A stretch of DNA of 64,000 nucleotides from the NCBI RefSeq assembly GCF_037042905.1, contig NC_087257.1, positions 16,554,001-16,618,000 of the forward strand, given 5' to 3'. The translations under genes were made by a program, and so were the position numbers. Below, one piece after another: positions 1 through 14,700 of this stretch (the stretch's first letter is position 1; the number at the start of each line of letters is the position of its first letter). The notes beneath the pieces are model-generated. The model was not told where the DNA came from and did no database searches. It saw nothing but the letters and a program-made list of their open reading frames with translations. This DNA is from Lytechinus pictus (taxonomy: Eukaryota).

Positions 1-3000
1 GTCAAAGGTCACAGCTCATTATATATGCGAGTTGGTTCAAAGATATAAATTTGTTCATTATATACATATTGGTTTCTGCATGATATTAAGTTCAATCATA
101 TTGAATGAATTTCTGATCGCGGGGGCATCTGTGTCCTTAGACACGTCAAATTTCTTGTTTGTATATAAAAGGGGTATGAAATGGTGTCTCCAATGATGCA
201 TCCACTGCATGCAAAGTTTAAAAATTTACAACTCTCTTATTCTTTGTCAGATTTTCAACAACTTTCATTAATATTTTTCTCCCATTATCTGCTTTAAAAA
301 AAAATCATTATGGAGAACTTCCCCTTTAAAACAAAAATGAATGCTTTGAGATCATTTACCAAAACCTGTAGGTCAAGTTGATATTGATTAATAAGACACA
401 CACACAAAAGCATAACACTGGAAATTCCATTGATATTGGCTGTGAAATATAAGAAAGTTCTGAAATATTCAAATTTCACTTATTTCCACTAAACTGATGT
501 GCAAATGATGCAAAAAAAATGTCCCTAAAAAGAAAAAGAAAAGAAGGGGGAAAAGGAGGAAAAGAAAAAGTGAAGGGATAAAAGGGAAGAAGCGTATGGC
601 TTTTTTGTTTTTTTATTTTTTGTCAAAAGAATAAAAACCTAAACAAGCCGTTCTTCTCTCTCTCTCTCTTCATTCAAAATTTTGCTTTTGCGCATGAAAA
701 ATATTTTTTAAATGCCTTTCCCCTTTTGTTTACCTCAAGAGAAATTATATCTAATTCAATCTTTTGCCATATTTGGCGTGCTCATAATTTTTTTCAATCT
801 CAGAAATTATATTATATTCAAGTTGATAAGGGTACTAGAGATGCAAGAGACGTCTTTTTATTTAAATTTGACGAGACATTGAAAACTTGCACCCCCCCCC
901 CCCCCCCCCCCGCCCCCTCCCAAACTAAAATCCTGGCTATGCAGTTGTGTAACACTTTTGTTTCTTCAAATATCTAATTTAAATCTCTTCTTTTTTTCTG
1001 AAGTTTAAATACATGTAGAATTGTTTACGTGAAGGTCAAGTCCACCCCAATGAAAAGTGTATTTAAATAAATAGAAATCAAACTACATAGCACTTTTAAA
1101 ATTCTCATCAAAATCTTATGTAAAATAAGAAATTTCTGACACTTGAAAGTTTTGTCTAAAATCCTAGAAAGCATATGTGTGTAATTCATATGTTGCTATG
1201 CCAAAAAGATTTCCTGCATTTTCCATCTCCATCCCCCCCCCCCCCAACATGCTTTCAAAACAATTTTGCTGCTCGTTAAGTATGATTTTCCCCTTCATGT
1301 TTTGAACATGTTTAATTCTTTTATGAACTCTTCAAATTGCCATGATATCCTATTCATTTTAATTCCCAGGGTTACAGGGGGATAGGGCCCCTAAAATTTC
1401 TCAAGTGGTAAACAAAATTGAAAATGAAAAGAGGAGGGAGGAAGATGAAATAATTGGATGAAAGCGAAGTCCCCAAAAAAATAAGTCTGGGTTGTGTAAC
1501 TCCATATTACCCATTATCTAATTGAAGAAATTTTTAGGTCATCGTCTTTCAGTAATCTCTGGTGCCCCCTCTTGGGACCACAGAAATATATTTGACTTTG
1601 GTGAAATTCAACTTTAGAAAATGTAAATAAAACATTTCGCATATTCTGATTTAAAAAAAAATGCTTTGATTTGGATTATCATATTTGACTTCTGAAAGAT
1701 TGACTTATACATATTCTATTGTATAAGAGCTCTCTTCTATACATCCTGAGCCTGCTATATAGGATTTATTTATATGTTAATGAGATAATCCTAGATCATT
1801 GGCATTAAACGACTCAAAAACTATGTATTCTATTAAAGATGTATTATAAACAAACATCTTTGAGTTTGATAGCTTTCAAATTGCAGGTTTCTTGATTTTT
1901 TTTAAATTGTTTATTAGTTTCTTTCTCATTATATCAAGGGCAATATTACCAAGCCAACCCACCCCCCCCCCCAAAAAAAAATCAATTATGATTTTGAGAA
2001 ATGGGGGGGGGGTCCTGATGGAAGTATTTAATATGAATATCTTTTCAAAGTTTTTTATCAAGGTGAATATTCTTCCATCTAATCTTTTTTTTTCTGGGAA
2101 CAAGTGCAGTGCATCAGACAGAATTAATTAACTTTTAAAATAGATGTATCTCTCCCTCTTAATATTTGAGAATCGAGTAAGTGCTAATTCATGAAGATAA
2201 GTGCTTAAATGTTTTAATTTGATTCTTGATTGAATGGTGAGTTTTGGATAGAAAATGAAGTGTGCTCTCTCAAGTCTTTACTATGAATAAGTGATGAGAG
2301 GTAGAAAAAGGATATGGTTTTATTTTTCAATCAAGTGAAAGTAATGATTTTTTTTAAATGTACGGTAGAGGTGACTGTCTATTTGCAAGTCAAATCTTTT
2401 GATACCACAGAAATCTGTTTGACTTACAGGGCAAAATTTGATGTTTTGCATATTCTGGTTAAAAAAATGCTTCAAAATAGCCGTTGACGTGTGTATATGT
2501 AAGGTTGATTTAATATGCTGTCTACTGTCATAGCTTACATGTAGTTCAGTTGTAAGTTGACAACATATATTTCTTATGAAGGATACTCCCACAGTGGGAA
2601 AGTTTGAAAAGGATTGTTTTTAGTTGGGAAGTTCTTTGCATGATGATTAGGAAGAATATAAATGGTAAAAAAAAAATACTGTGTACTGCATGTGACTAAC
2701 ATAAATTTATTTGAGGAAAATATTCAAAGTTCAGTCTGCAAAAGTCAACCTTACAAGTCAAAATAACCCCCTATGAAGGAGTCGAAACATTTTTCCAAAT
2801 AAGATATATTTTCCCCAGTTTAGCAAGTTTTCCCCCAGGTCAGTATTAGATTTCTGAGGAAACAAAAGATTTTACTATGTATTTTCTTTTCATTCTTTTT
2901 ATGTGTTACCATACATTTGCACAATGCATATTTAGTTTTGAGTGTGTTGTTGGTTGTATACATGATGTGTATGACAAAGACAAGTACTTCGAGTGGAAGG

Positions 3001-3513
3001 GGGGGGGGGGCAACTGAATGGCAATTTGTTATATCTGTGTGTGAGAGTGATATGTGTACAGGTTCACTGTAAATAATGGAGTTGATTCACACTTAAAGTT
3101 GGTGAGCCTGGGATTGTTTCATGAAAGTTGTCAGCTCCAACAAGGGACAAGTCATCGTTATGCGACAGTTTCCCTAGTAACAGTCAGACATCCATGCTTC
3201 TCAGCCAATCAATATCACGAAAGTTGTCCGATCTGGCGACTCTGATCAAACGCCTCATGAACAAATGCAACAATCCAAGTGGCAGCTTTAAACTGGACCA
3301 GTCTTACGCCATGCTCTCTCTGAAGAAAGGCAGTATCCGTTGTCTGCTCATCATACATCTGCAGGCGGGGCCAAGTTTCATGAAACCATCACGAGTCTAA
3401 GTTTGTGACCATCCCAGTGCAATACATAGTAATTTTCTTATACCCCTCTGTATGAGTGTATGGGTTGTCCAAAAAGTTATGACTTATGACGGTTCCATGA
3501 ATCAGACCCCATA

Positions 3514-3901
3514 GGCCCGAATTCACAAAGGTGGTTTTGAAAACCCACGGTTGAGTCCGTGGTTTATGCAGATTTCCTGTATAAATTACGCTTAATTTAC
3601 CGCGTATATTAAATAATGTCCAATGCTGATGTGCGCTTTTGTCACAGTGGGCCAAATTGACGCCTGTTGCCGTAGTTATCCACGCTATTTTATTCATGAG
3701 TCCACTCTTCAAACAGTGGACTCATGAATACTATAGCGTATCTAACCATGGAAACAGGCGTCAAATGTGCGCACTGTGACAAAAGCATGCATCAGCATTG
3801 GACATTTTTATACACGTCCCCGATACGCGCTAAATTAAGCGTAATTTATATAGGAAATCTGCATAAACCATGGATTCAAACCACCTTTGTGAATTCGGGC
3901 C
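3514..3901. mobile_element. PIF/Harbinger-like MITE (near-palindromic)
   Basis: TIR GGCCCGAATTCACAAAGGTGGTTT at both ends, 3-bp TSD ATA, long internal inverted homology. Confidence 0.75.
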
Positions 3902-4448
3902 ATAGTGACTCGAGGAATGAATTCTGATCATCCTATGTGGCAGTTCGGTTGGAAGCAGGAGAGAGGACCCCCTAAAGGTAAGTGATGAATAATGTTCTTT
4001 TGGTGATAATTGATTTGTATGATTGAACTATTGTCTAAACACATACTGAGAAAAATAATGAGGCAAATGAAGAGATGACTAAATTTATTTGAAGAGATAT
4101 GGAAAAATGGGGGAAAAATGAAAGTGGAAATTCATCCTGATGTCAAATTGGTTTTATAAAAGGAGACGAATATGACCCGCAAATTAATGACAATCTAGCA
4201 ACAACAAAGATTAAACAGTTAAAACTAAAGTTTATATTTTGTGACATCGAAAGCCTTTTCTCCATATTGCAGTAAAATGCCAATTTCTCAGAAATGTGAT
4301 ATAAGCCTGTGCATTCGGTGCATTCAGTGTATCGTCGGGCAGATAATTTCATACACACTTCAGTATTTTTTAAGAAATAAGAAATTTATAGAATTTGTAA
4401 TACATGCTGTATGGGGCCACTGCGTGATGTCACAACATCCAAACTTAA

Positions 4449-5034
4449 AGGGGAATGAAACCTTTGGAACAAATGGGCTTGTGTCAAAACAGAAAAATCA
4501 AAGAATAAGAACAAAGACAGTTTGAGAAAAATCGGACAAATAATGAGAAAGTTATGAGCATTTGAATATTGCAATCACTAATACTATGGAGATCCTCCCG
4601 TTGGCAATACGACGATGTGTGATGTCACATGTGAACAACTTTCCCTTTGATGGACTATAAAATACTGCTAAAATGTCTCTTTTTGCCTTTTCTCATGGTG
4701 ATACAAACTCTTTATCCATGATGTATTAAAAAAAAATCTGTATTACATGCCCTCCTATAGAAGGAACACATGATCTACTGATAGATGTGATAAAAGAGGC
4801 AGTTTAAGTGAAATATATACTAAAGTAATGGGAAGAGTTGTTCACAAGTGACATCACACATCTTTGTCGCATTGCCAATTTGAGGATCTCCATAGCATTA
4901 GTGATCGCAATATTCAAGTGCTCATAACTTTCTCATTATTTGTCCGATTTTTCTCAAACTTTCATTGATCTGTTTCCGCTTTGATTTTTCTGTTTTCACA
5001 AAAGCTACATCTTGTTCCATAGGTTTCATTCTCC
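4449..5034. mobile_element. Kolobok-like MITE
   Basis: TTAA flanks, AGGGGAATGAAACC...GGTTTCATTCTCC termini, long inverted arms. Confidence 0.7.
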
Positions 5035-6027
5035 TTAAACTCAAGTGTTTTAAAAATAGAAGGGAGTAATTGCAGCGAACAATTATTTCATGAGATAGTT
5101 TAATAAAATCAAGGTTAAATGCTACCATATTATCATAAATCTAGTTCTGGTACATTGAAATAAACTTCTCTTTGTGAAATCTGATGATGATCAATAACAC
5201 AAAAAGGCATTTGTGGGACAGTGTATTAATATTATCCGGAAAAAATACCCAAAATTTTATGCCGAAGTCTGCTTATTTTGCCCATTTCTTGACAATTACA
5301 AATTTTCTTCCGGAACCATTTGGCACATATTTGTTAATTAATACAAACACTTGGGTGGTCATTTTATTGGATTCTGTTCAAATGAATTTGAGATCATTTA
5401 CAATGCATTTTTAATCTCTTCCTCCTTTAACCAATTTGATGCCAGGGTGGACTTCCCTTTAACTATGGAATACTACATATTATTTTGGTTAAGAATTGAA
5501 AAGGGAAATGACATTTTCTTTTTTTTTGCTAACAAATACATTGCATTTTTATACACAAGATCTGTCAAATGTATGCATAAAACGAAGCATGCTTTAAACT
5601 ATAAACAAAAATAAGTGAACGCTGGCTATAATCGATGGGAGACGTGTGATGAGATGTTTGTGTCATTGTGTATTAATCCAAATAATGTTGAAAGGGGGGG
5701 GGTTGAAATTTCAATTGATATTGTTTGTTGGATGCGACTGACTTGGCAAGTGCTGTAGTGAAATTGACCTACGCAAAATATTTGCGTAATTGCTCGTTCT
5801 TTTTTCATATTTTTGTCGCTGGCTTTCCATACTGTATGAAAACTTTATTTGAGTCTGCACAGAATACACATCAAATAAAAATAAATAAGTAGTCGATGAA
5901 AGTCTGTCCCTGTTAAATAAAAAAAAATATTTATTCTTAACCAGAATTACATATCTTGACCTTTTAGACTTCAATGGGAAATTCAAACCAATCGGCACTC
6001 TTATATGAACACTATTCAATGATCCTG

Positions 6028-6201
6028 GTGGGTGTTTCATAAAGCTGTTCGTAAGGTAAGAGCGACTTTAAGAACGACTGATGATCCTTGTGGTAAATAG
6101 TATACACCAAAACGTTCAGTGGCGATGGTTCAACACATATGAAAGGATCACCAGTCGAAGTAGTCGCTCTTAACTTATGAACAGCTTTATGAAACGGCCC
6201 C
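6028..6201. mobile_element. Harbinger-like MITE (same family as 9203-9381)
   Basis: TIR GTTTCATAAAGCTGTTCGTAAG, CWG flanks; closely related copy at 9203-9381. Confidence 0.7.
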
Positions 6202-8786
6202 CAGGAATAGGGAATGAATTGGCATTGTGTGGAAAGGGTTTCTTACAAATGCTGCAGGGGCAACAAAAATGCCCAGTAGAGCATGTCTTGGGAGTGTAGA
6301 GTGTATGAGCTGACTTGATTCTTTGTTAACCCCCCCCCCCCCCCCCCGAGAGGGGGGGAGATTACCACTGGCATTGATCATGCTTCAAATAATTCCACTG
6401 CTGAAATTGACATTAGATAAACTGCTTTGCTTTTATGTTAATTTAATACAAAGTAAAAGTTGCAATGTAGCTGCGAGCATTCAGGATCAAAACCCTTGTC
6501 GCAAATTTAAACATGCCCTTGTGGGTTCAGCTATGGAGTTTGGGAAAGTAAGAAATTAATAGAGGGGTGGGGTAAAAGCAAGAAGAGATCTAAATCGGGG
6601 GGGGGGGGAGGGTGCGGACACTGCAGCTTGGAGAAGGAACAAGTTGAGAAGAGTAACAATTTCAGGGCAAAGTGCTATAAATTTAGACAGGGAAAGAGGA
6701 AAAATCAATAGTGCAGGGATGGGTAGAGATGTGGGAGAAAAAATGAAGGGGAATGCACATGGGCCAAAAATATTTCAGAAAGCAGTTATTTATCAGCTAG
6801 ACGGAAACCGCCACTTGTCAAAAATGTCAAGTCAACACAAGTGCGATGGGCTTCTCCACAAAATTTTTGCTTGTCAAATTTATTTTCGTCGAAATGACCT
6901 AAAATTTGGGGTGATAACCCTTTTTTTTTTGGGGGGGGGGGGGGGCTTGTCAAATTTTCCAGCCCCTTGTCCCCCTACCTTTTGGGAGAGATTTCCGCCC
7001 CTGCATGACAGTAATGCCCCTCACATTCACCAGTAATTAACTTCTTTCAAGTTGAAGCAATATGTGACCTTAATCCCAAATGAATTTTTTTACTATATAA
7101 TTACAATTTGACTCTATAATTACTCTTCATGTAATCCTTTTTATCGTTTCCTCAAATGTGTTAAAAATTAATGATAAATTGCAGAACAAGCTCTTTCTTA
7201 AATAGATTACTACCCAATTTTAGTATTATTTCTTGATTTAGACTTTCTTTGATGCAGACTGCTATGCAATGAATCTCAAAGCACTTCAGGCGAAACAGTT
7301 TTGCTAATCTCTTAGAACAGATCATGATCTGTTTGATTTGATATGCATTGCTGTGAGTGGTTCAAGTCCACTGGTGTTTCCCTTCTGGCATGCAGTTTTA
7401 CATCAAGTTCATCCCATAAAACTGTCCAATAATAACCCAAGCTTCATAAACACTGGCAAATCATTATATACAGTGTACAAGGATTTTGCACCTGCACATT
7501 TTCAAATAGAAAATTGGGTGTTTATCAGGAAGAAATTTGCATTGTAATATGGTCACTTGTCTCAATGCAAAATATGGCATATTGAAATTTATGACTATTC
7601 AGAAATGAAACTTGAAAAAATAAATTTTTGCAAAACTTTCAAATAAACACAGTACAATAATGAGTGAATTTCATATTTTAATTGAATTGAATGAAAATTG
7701 TTGTGATTTGCCGTCCTAAATTGAGTCAAGTGGATGTACATAGACTATCTTCCTAAATCACGTTTTTAAATCTTTTAAGATCGTGTATGATAACCTAGCA
7801 CTTGTCAAATTGGATGGAAACACTTTGGTACATCTATTTGAATAGAATTCTGTACCATCTCCTGACCCCCCCCCCAAAAAAAAAAAAAAAAAAAAATGAC
7901 ACAGGTTTCCAAGATTATGAAGCATGATCCAAGAGATTTAGCATCCCTGAAAATAAACCATTCTCCCATTGCTTCAATCTTGAATGTAAAGTATAAATTA
8001 TATGGGACTGAAAATAATTTACCTTTTTGTGATAATTGCACATTTGCACAATACAGTTCTTATATTCAAAGCGAAAACAGTGACAACTATTTAAACACTT
8101 GCCTTTCAGCAGGGTTTAATTGACAATTGGTGTTGTCCCAACAAGTCAACCTACACGTGACAGCCCTTGCCCTATTTATCAACTTTGACAAAGGTCCCCA
8201 CTGCCGACAAAGGATCACAATCCGCCGTGTCTTCTCGACTTTACAGGACACTTTGCAATTTCATGTTACCACTGCGGGGGTTTCTTCTTTCAACATATGG
8301 ATATCTTCTCACAGATTATGCATCATACCCTAACCTGGTACATACCATCAATGACTTACAAAACATGATACTTCATAAGTATACGATGTCGCAGAGCGTC
8401 TGGTCGGGCTATCAATGCCGTCTTGTTGATGACATAGTGGATCATAAACTCTCAGTATAATCTGCCAGATGGCCATTGACCATTATCCATTTTCCACTGG
8501 TCTGGTCGTCAATGGTCACTAAGGATCATGGTAGCGGTCCATACGAAGATTATGCAACATCACTGATCGGCTATGGTTTTGGCAGCCCTTCTCAATCGGT
8601 CATTGACGGCCACTAACCTCATGCACCATACTCACTGAGGATCAGGTTAATAACGGTCAACACAAAAATTACAGCAAAATCATTGACTTGCTTCAAATGG
8701 TGACGGTGGTAGCCGGACAGTCAATGGTGACCCCTGACCTCGCGTATCACTGAAATTGTACAGTCTACAGTGCCCTAATAGTCCAG

Positions 8787-11700
8787 CTATGATGATGATA
8801 CAGATGCTTTCTTGGCCACAAGATTCTTCCACGGATCCTCTAACATGGATTGCTTGAAGTAACGCTCTATGACTGATGAGTTTCCACCATGCTGACCTCT
8901 CTGGTACGGACTTCCTCCCTATAAATTGAGGAACAAGCAAGAGATGCATTGATGAATACACAGAATTCTTTAAACATGGGTAAAATTAGACACTGGATAT
9001 GTGTAATATTTCTTCACTTCTTACAAGAGTACATGATATATGTAGGCCTGCTCTTGGATGGATAATAATAATGTAGATGCCAACCAATTCGGACAAGAAA
9101 ATGATGAAACAACACATACTAAAAGTAAACATCGTATTCTGAACAGTAAACCTCCAATGCGAGTAAACTTCCTTTGTTAATTTCTCAGTATTGAAACACC
9201 AGGTGGGTGTTTCATAAAGCTGTTCGTAAGTTTAAAGTGACTTTATGAACGACTAGTGATCCTTTCTTACGCAATAAATAATCACCAACAAATAATGGTG
9301 AACATCATTTACCACAAGAAAGGATCACCAGTCGTTCTTAAAGTCGCTCTTAACTTACGAACAGCTTTATGAAACGGGCCCCAGGTTGTTTACTATAGCT
9401 ATTATTAGACAAATAGGGAGCAATTTTTTTTTGTAATTCTGTTTTTTATTAGTTACTTGCAATGAATCATGGCATCAGGGGACTTCCTTTAATTTAACAT
9501 TGACATTTAAAATTATCGCAATTTTCAAGTGAGGCTCTGATGATGTTGAAGCCATTCCCAATGCATTTTTATACAGTTATGAAAGATAAACGAATTCAAA
9601 AACTTACCGAGAATCTTTTCCTGTTGTGAAACTGCTGATTACCAGACGGCGTAAACTGGACACCACCCCCTCGTCCGCCGCCGCCTCCTCCTCGCCCCCT
9701 TCCCCACCCCCTGGAGTCTCTCCTCTGGTAGCCCCCTCTCCCTCCTCCCCTGTTGGGCGATTCGTGGGGAGAAGATCCCGCGTTCGGCTGATAGGGCGAC
9801 TGCTGGAATGATGGTGTAGAGAATGGGGAGTTGTTGTGCGAGGGGTACCGCTGACCTGGAATTATGCCTCCACCAATCATGGGAGCCTCACCTTGTTGAG
9901 GACTGAAGTAGCCATGCCTATCGAACAGAGGTTGATAGAGAGGGGGGGAGACATAGGAAGAAAGAGAGAGATATGAAGGCAATGTCAACTTTGATAAGAA
10001 ATTGTCAAGCATAACTCAGCAATTGTTGGGGCAGCCGACTGTCAGCCAGAAAATTGAAATCATGCAGTGTTTTATTTGTCTGCCCATCGACGTTGCACAA
10101 CTGCTTTATTAAATTACAAAATCCAAGATTATCGCGGTATAACCATTGGCAAAAAAATTCCTCCTGTTTTTAACAAAACTGAAGCATTTCATGAAAAAAA
10201 AAAATCAAAATTTTGGTCATTGTATTGACGGAAAATGCAGAATTATCAATGTACATGTAATACTATATTCTAGCACTTGATATCTATTCTGTGCATGGAA
10301 TCTTGGCTTGCAGAGTAACCTTGCAACTCCTGGCTACAGCAACACTCAACCACAGCGCATTTGTATACCCCCCCATCATCTACTGTACGTTTAATTTCCC
10401 CACTCACTAAATCATAATTTAAAGTTCAGTGCTGGTGTCGGTTTTTGTGATTTGAAGCCAAAGACAGGCAGCGAACAGGATGAAACTTTAGCGTAAAATT
10501 AAATATTTAATGTAAGATGAATTAATTGACAATAATATTTACTCTCACATTCTTGAAGTGATGTTAACATTGGCATTCTGTACGATAAAATTTGACTGTA
10601 CATGTAATTTCTCCCCGATTTCACTTTCTTCAAGTAATCAAGAAGTTTTTCTAAGATCTAGCATAAATTGAGATGACCAGCAGCGCATGCCCCAGAGGCG
10701 TGACGTCAAGGTATCGATAACGCGATTGGCATCATTCTTCTAAACCCAGCTCAGTGTTGGGGCTCGGTTCAGGAGCTTTTTCACGCTCTCAACACCAACA
10801 CTAACACCAAATTTAGCATCTAGACCTTATCGCAAATAGATTCACGCAAAGGATCATGGGATCGAAAATGGAGCAATAGCGCCGCTATTGTCCGGATGCG
10901 ACCATGCAAACGCAAGCAGCCGACAATAAAGTGTACAATTTCCATAGTGTATCAAAATATGATTCTTCAAGTAAACGACTCGTCATATTTGTTTCAGAAA
11001 CTAACATCACTTTTCTTCTTAATTATGGGTGGCGGAGATAGATGTGCTGTCTAAAGCTGCAAGAATTACCACAGATTTTATGAAGACAAGTGCAATTTTG
11101 TTTCATTTTCGCGCACTGTCTGTGCGTATTCTGAGCTGTGCAGCTGTGACTGCAAAGTGCGCTTGTATGCACGGACCTCTGGCACGGACTGCGGGCACTC
11201 TCGGCCCAGGGACAGTGTACGTCCGCGAGGCAGTGGATGAAACTGGTCCCAGCATTCCAAGGAATTAATAAAATGATTAATAAAATAAACTCTGCAGTAG
11301 ATTTGATTACTTTATTCTAGTTATATATTTTAGTAATATATCAATCAATTGTCAAAAATACATGTTTCATAAATAATTATCTCAATCATGATTTTATTCA
11401 GATATTAACCGAGCTGTGTTTTCTTTTTCTCTCCACAGATACATAATATTATTGCATGTAATTCAGGATCATGGCCAGACGTTCTGAAGTTTTATTAGTG
11501 GCCTGGTGCCCCGGGCCTGGTCCCAACATTTTATAATACTGCAAAGACAAAATAATGAATTAAATAGAACAAAAAATGTGAGAATAGATGAAAGTATGAG
11601 AGAAAAAAAAGTATAAAAAAAGAAATGAAATGAGGAAGGTGATCTGTGAGAGAAGTAATCTGCGATGAAATTAATTGAAGATGCAAATTTTTAAATAAAA

Positions 11701-14700
11701 TTTGTTTTATTGAAACAAATATTGAATATCATTTATATGAATTAAATATCCATCAGCTGGGCGATTCCACACTAGAACTTCAAAAATATCATAAATTTCA
11801 ACATGCTTTCAATAAGTCATAAGTAGTGTAATATTTTACTATGATACCTACATTTTATGAAGATTATGAGTTTTAACCAAAAGTGAAATCAGATAGTTTT
11901 TTGGGGGAAGAATAATGGAATTTTAAATTTTCAATAATTTTGCTAATTAAATAGTCAAGTACAAACACTGCCTGAAACAATTATTGGCAAAGCACGAGAA
12001 GATTGAAAATATTGCAGGTCAATGGAATAATGTATCATTGATGGTTCCAAATGATATCTACAACATTTTCATGATCCATAATAGGGGCAGCCCTGATTTT
12101 TCCGAACCTATTTTTGGCAATGTCCCGTACGACACATAAAGATGCAAAGGTTTATCCTACAATTTTATTTTTGATGATGCAATTTCACAATATCAGTTTC
12201 TCTTTCTTTGACCCATGGGTGATCGATTTATCCCATAAGGATCTAATCACAGCCCTTCATTTTTCAATAATTGTCCTATTAAAAGTTGTCCCGTACGACA
12301 CACAATATATAATGCATTTAATTGCAGGATTTTGATTCAGAAACTGTAAATAGTAGGCCTATTTTAATTCAAGTAATTGATTTGACATAAAGTGAACTGA
12401 AAAAATACTTTTTTATCTCCATAGAACATGAAATAGGTGATTCTAACCATTTTAATTGATGTCATGTAGGTGTATTCTTTTGAGAATCCCTTCAGCTAAA
12501 CTGGTGATTTTCACTGGTCAGAGCGGGTTAATTTCTTTGTCACTGAGCATGAAAAGAAAACCTTTATAATTGATTCACCCTAGCCTGGAAGATGACTTCC
12601 TCTTGCATGGAATTATTATAAGATGTAAAAAAAATTACATATCAATCAACTATTTGGACTTCCCTTGATGATCACTAATTTTTTTATATACAGTATTGAA
12701 ACTCCTTACTTTTTTCAAGTTGTAAAAAAAAAATCTGGAAAATAAAACAAACCATATGGTTTCATGAAATGCAGAAAGGTTTGAAAAAGTAGAGCCGCAT
12801 TTCTTTAGAAAAAAATATTTTGTGGAATTATAAGTGACAGTTGTGACATATATCATGTATATATACATTTTATATGAAAAATTATAACATTTTAGCCCCA
12901 TAATTTACACATAGTTTCATTCATTCATTGTTTATTGGAAAACATCAATTAATTCACTAAAATATAACTTCACACAAAACCTCAAGTTCTTCAGCTTGGA
13001 AAAAAATGCTGCGAACCCTTGTACATTTCCCATCATGAAAAAAAATGATAACATATTGCTCCCGATTGTATATTTTGAGGTTACTTAATTATATTGTCCT
13101 GAATGACTACTTATTAAAAGACTTTTCATTAAAAAGGTAGAATTTAGGGGCAATGCTCCCCTTTTGATTGATAAAAGTTCATTGTTTTATTCAGACTGCC
13201 CAGTAGAACACGCAAGTGCCTGTACAACACACAAGTGTCCCGTACGACACACAAGTGTCCCGTACGACACAGAAGTGTCCTGTACGACACACAAGTGTCC
13301 CGTACGACACATTATTTTGTTTATGATATATTGACAGAAATATTCAGCCAATTGCGGTTTCTAACATAATGAATGTCTTTAGTTTGATAGGATTATCATT
13401 GTCATCAGCCAAATAGAGTGATTGAAGAAGTCAAAGAGACATAAAGTAAGAAAGTTTGGCTTCAATTTAGAGGTGTCCCGTACGACACATTTTGAGTGTC
13501 CCGTACGCCACAATGTTCTCGAAAATTGTAATTTGCTTTATTTATTCATGAATGATAATTTTGCTTTCTTTCATAGATGTGTTTGTTCTTGGGTGATTGA
13601 ATATCAATTTGAGTTCAGTTTCTATGAAAATTATCTGTCCAACTCACAGACTTTAGAGTACAAACTTGAGGTTTCGAAAAAAGCCACTTTTTCTGCATCC
13701 GTACGACACATTACTATTTTAAATCTGTATTATACAGGATGTGAATTCAAGTCATGTTAAGTATTGGTTTTTCTAACACTCTGGTAGTACTTGATGATCA
13801 CCTTTAGTTACTGGAATATTTTTTGTTTTTCTTGTCAAAAAACTGTCAAATGTTCTCTAGATGTCCCGTACGACACGTATGGAATCACCCAGCTGCTTAA
13901 TTTTCAGACAAAATAAAATTACAGAGAGGTTAGAGGGAGACCATGATGAAGAATACTAGACTTTTAAAAAAGCCTGGATTTTGAGTGACACTACACAAAA
14001 CATATGGCGTTGTATGGCTTCGCGAAAGCCGATTCCGCGTTTGCTCCCTCATTCCTGTGATCCTTTGCGGTGACGTACGCCCTCACGCGACGAACGCTAT
14101 TTGCGATAAGATCTATTGTTGACAAATTGAGGCAGCTCGCAGCACATGCCACATGTCATGATACCTATACCTATTCTACTCTGAGGAAGTGCTTTGTGCT
14201 CTTATAACTATTTATTCAACAATGCAGCAACCAGGGGCCTGTTTCTCAACACATGGACAAGTTAGTCATATCTTTATCCACCAACCACGAAGTTAGTTCC
14301 AATCTTACTAAACCCGTTTCACGAAGGACTTCCTAACTAGAATCCCTTGATATCGATACTATCGGTAGAAAGAGCAGACGAGACGTAGCCTTAGTCACAA
14401 AATAGCATAATTTTTAAAAAGCAAAAATATGATAAAACTACAATTATTGTGATTAATTTGGAAATAAATCTAATCAAAATAATAACAGAGGCAAAATATT
14501 TACCATGCATACTTAAACCATGAAGACTGGAGCATTCACGTGCTGAGAAAATTAAATTATGAATAATTCATTTCATGACTAAAAAATCACATGTGGACAT
14601 TGAGATGGGTATCCCCGGGATGGTAAATTTTGATAGTTTACAAAAGTAAACCACAATTGTTTTCTTTGTAAAATAAATGATAATTATACGTTTATTTATG

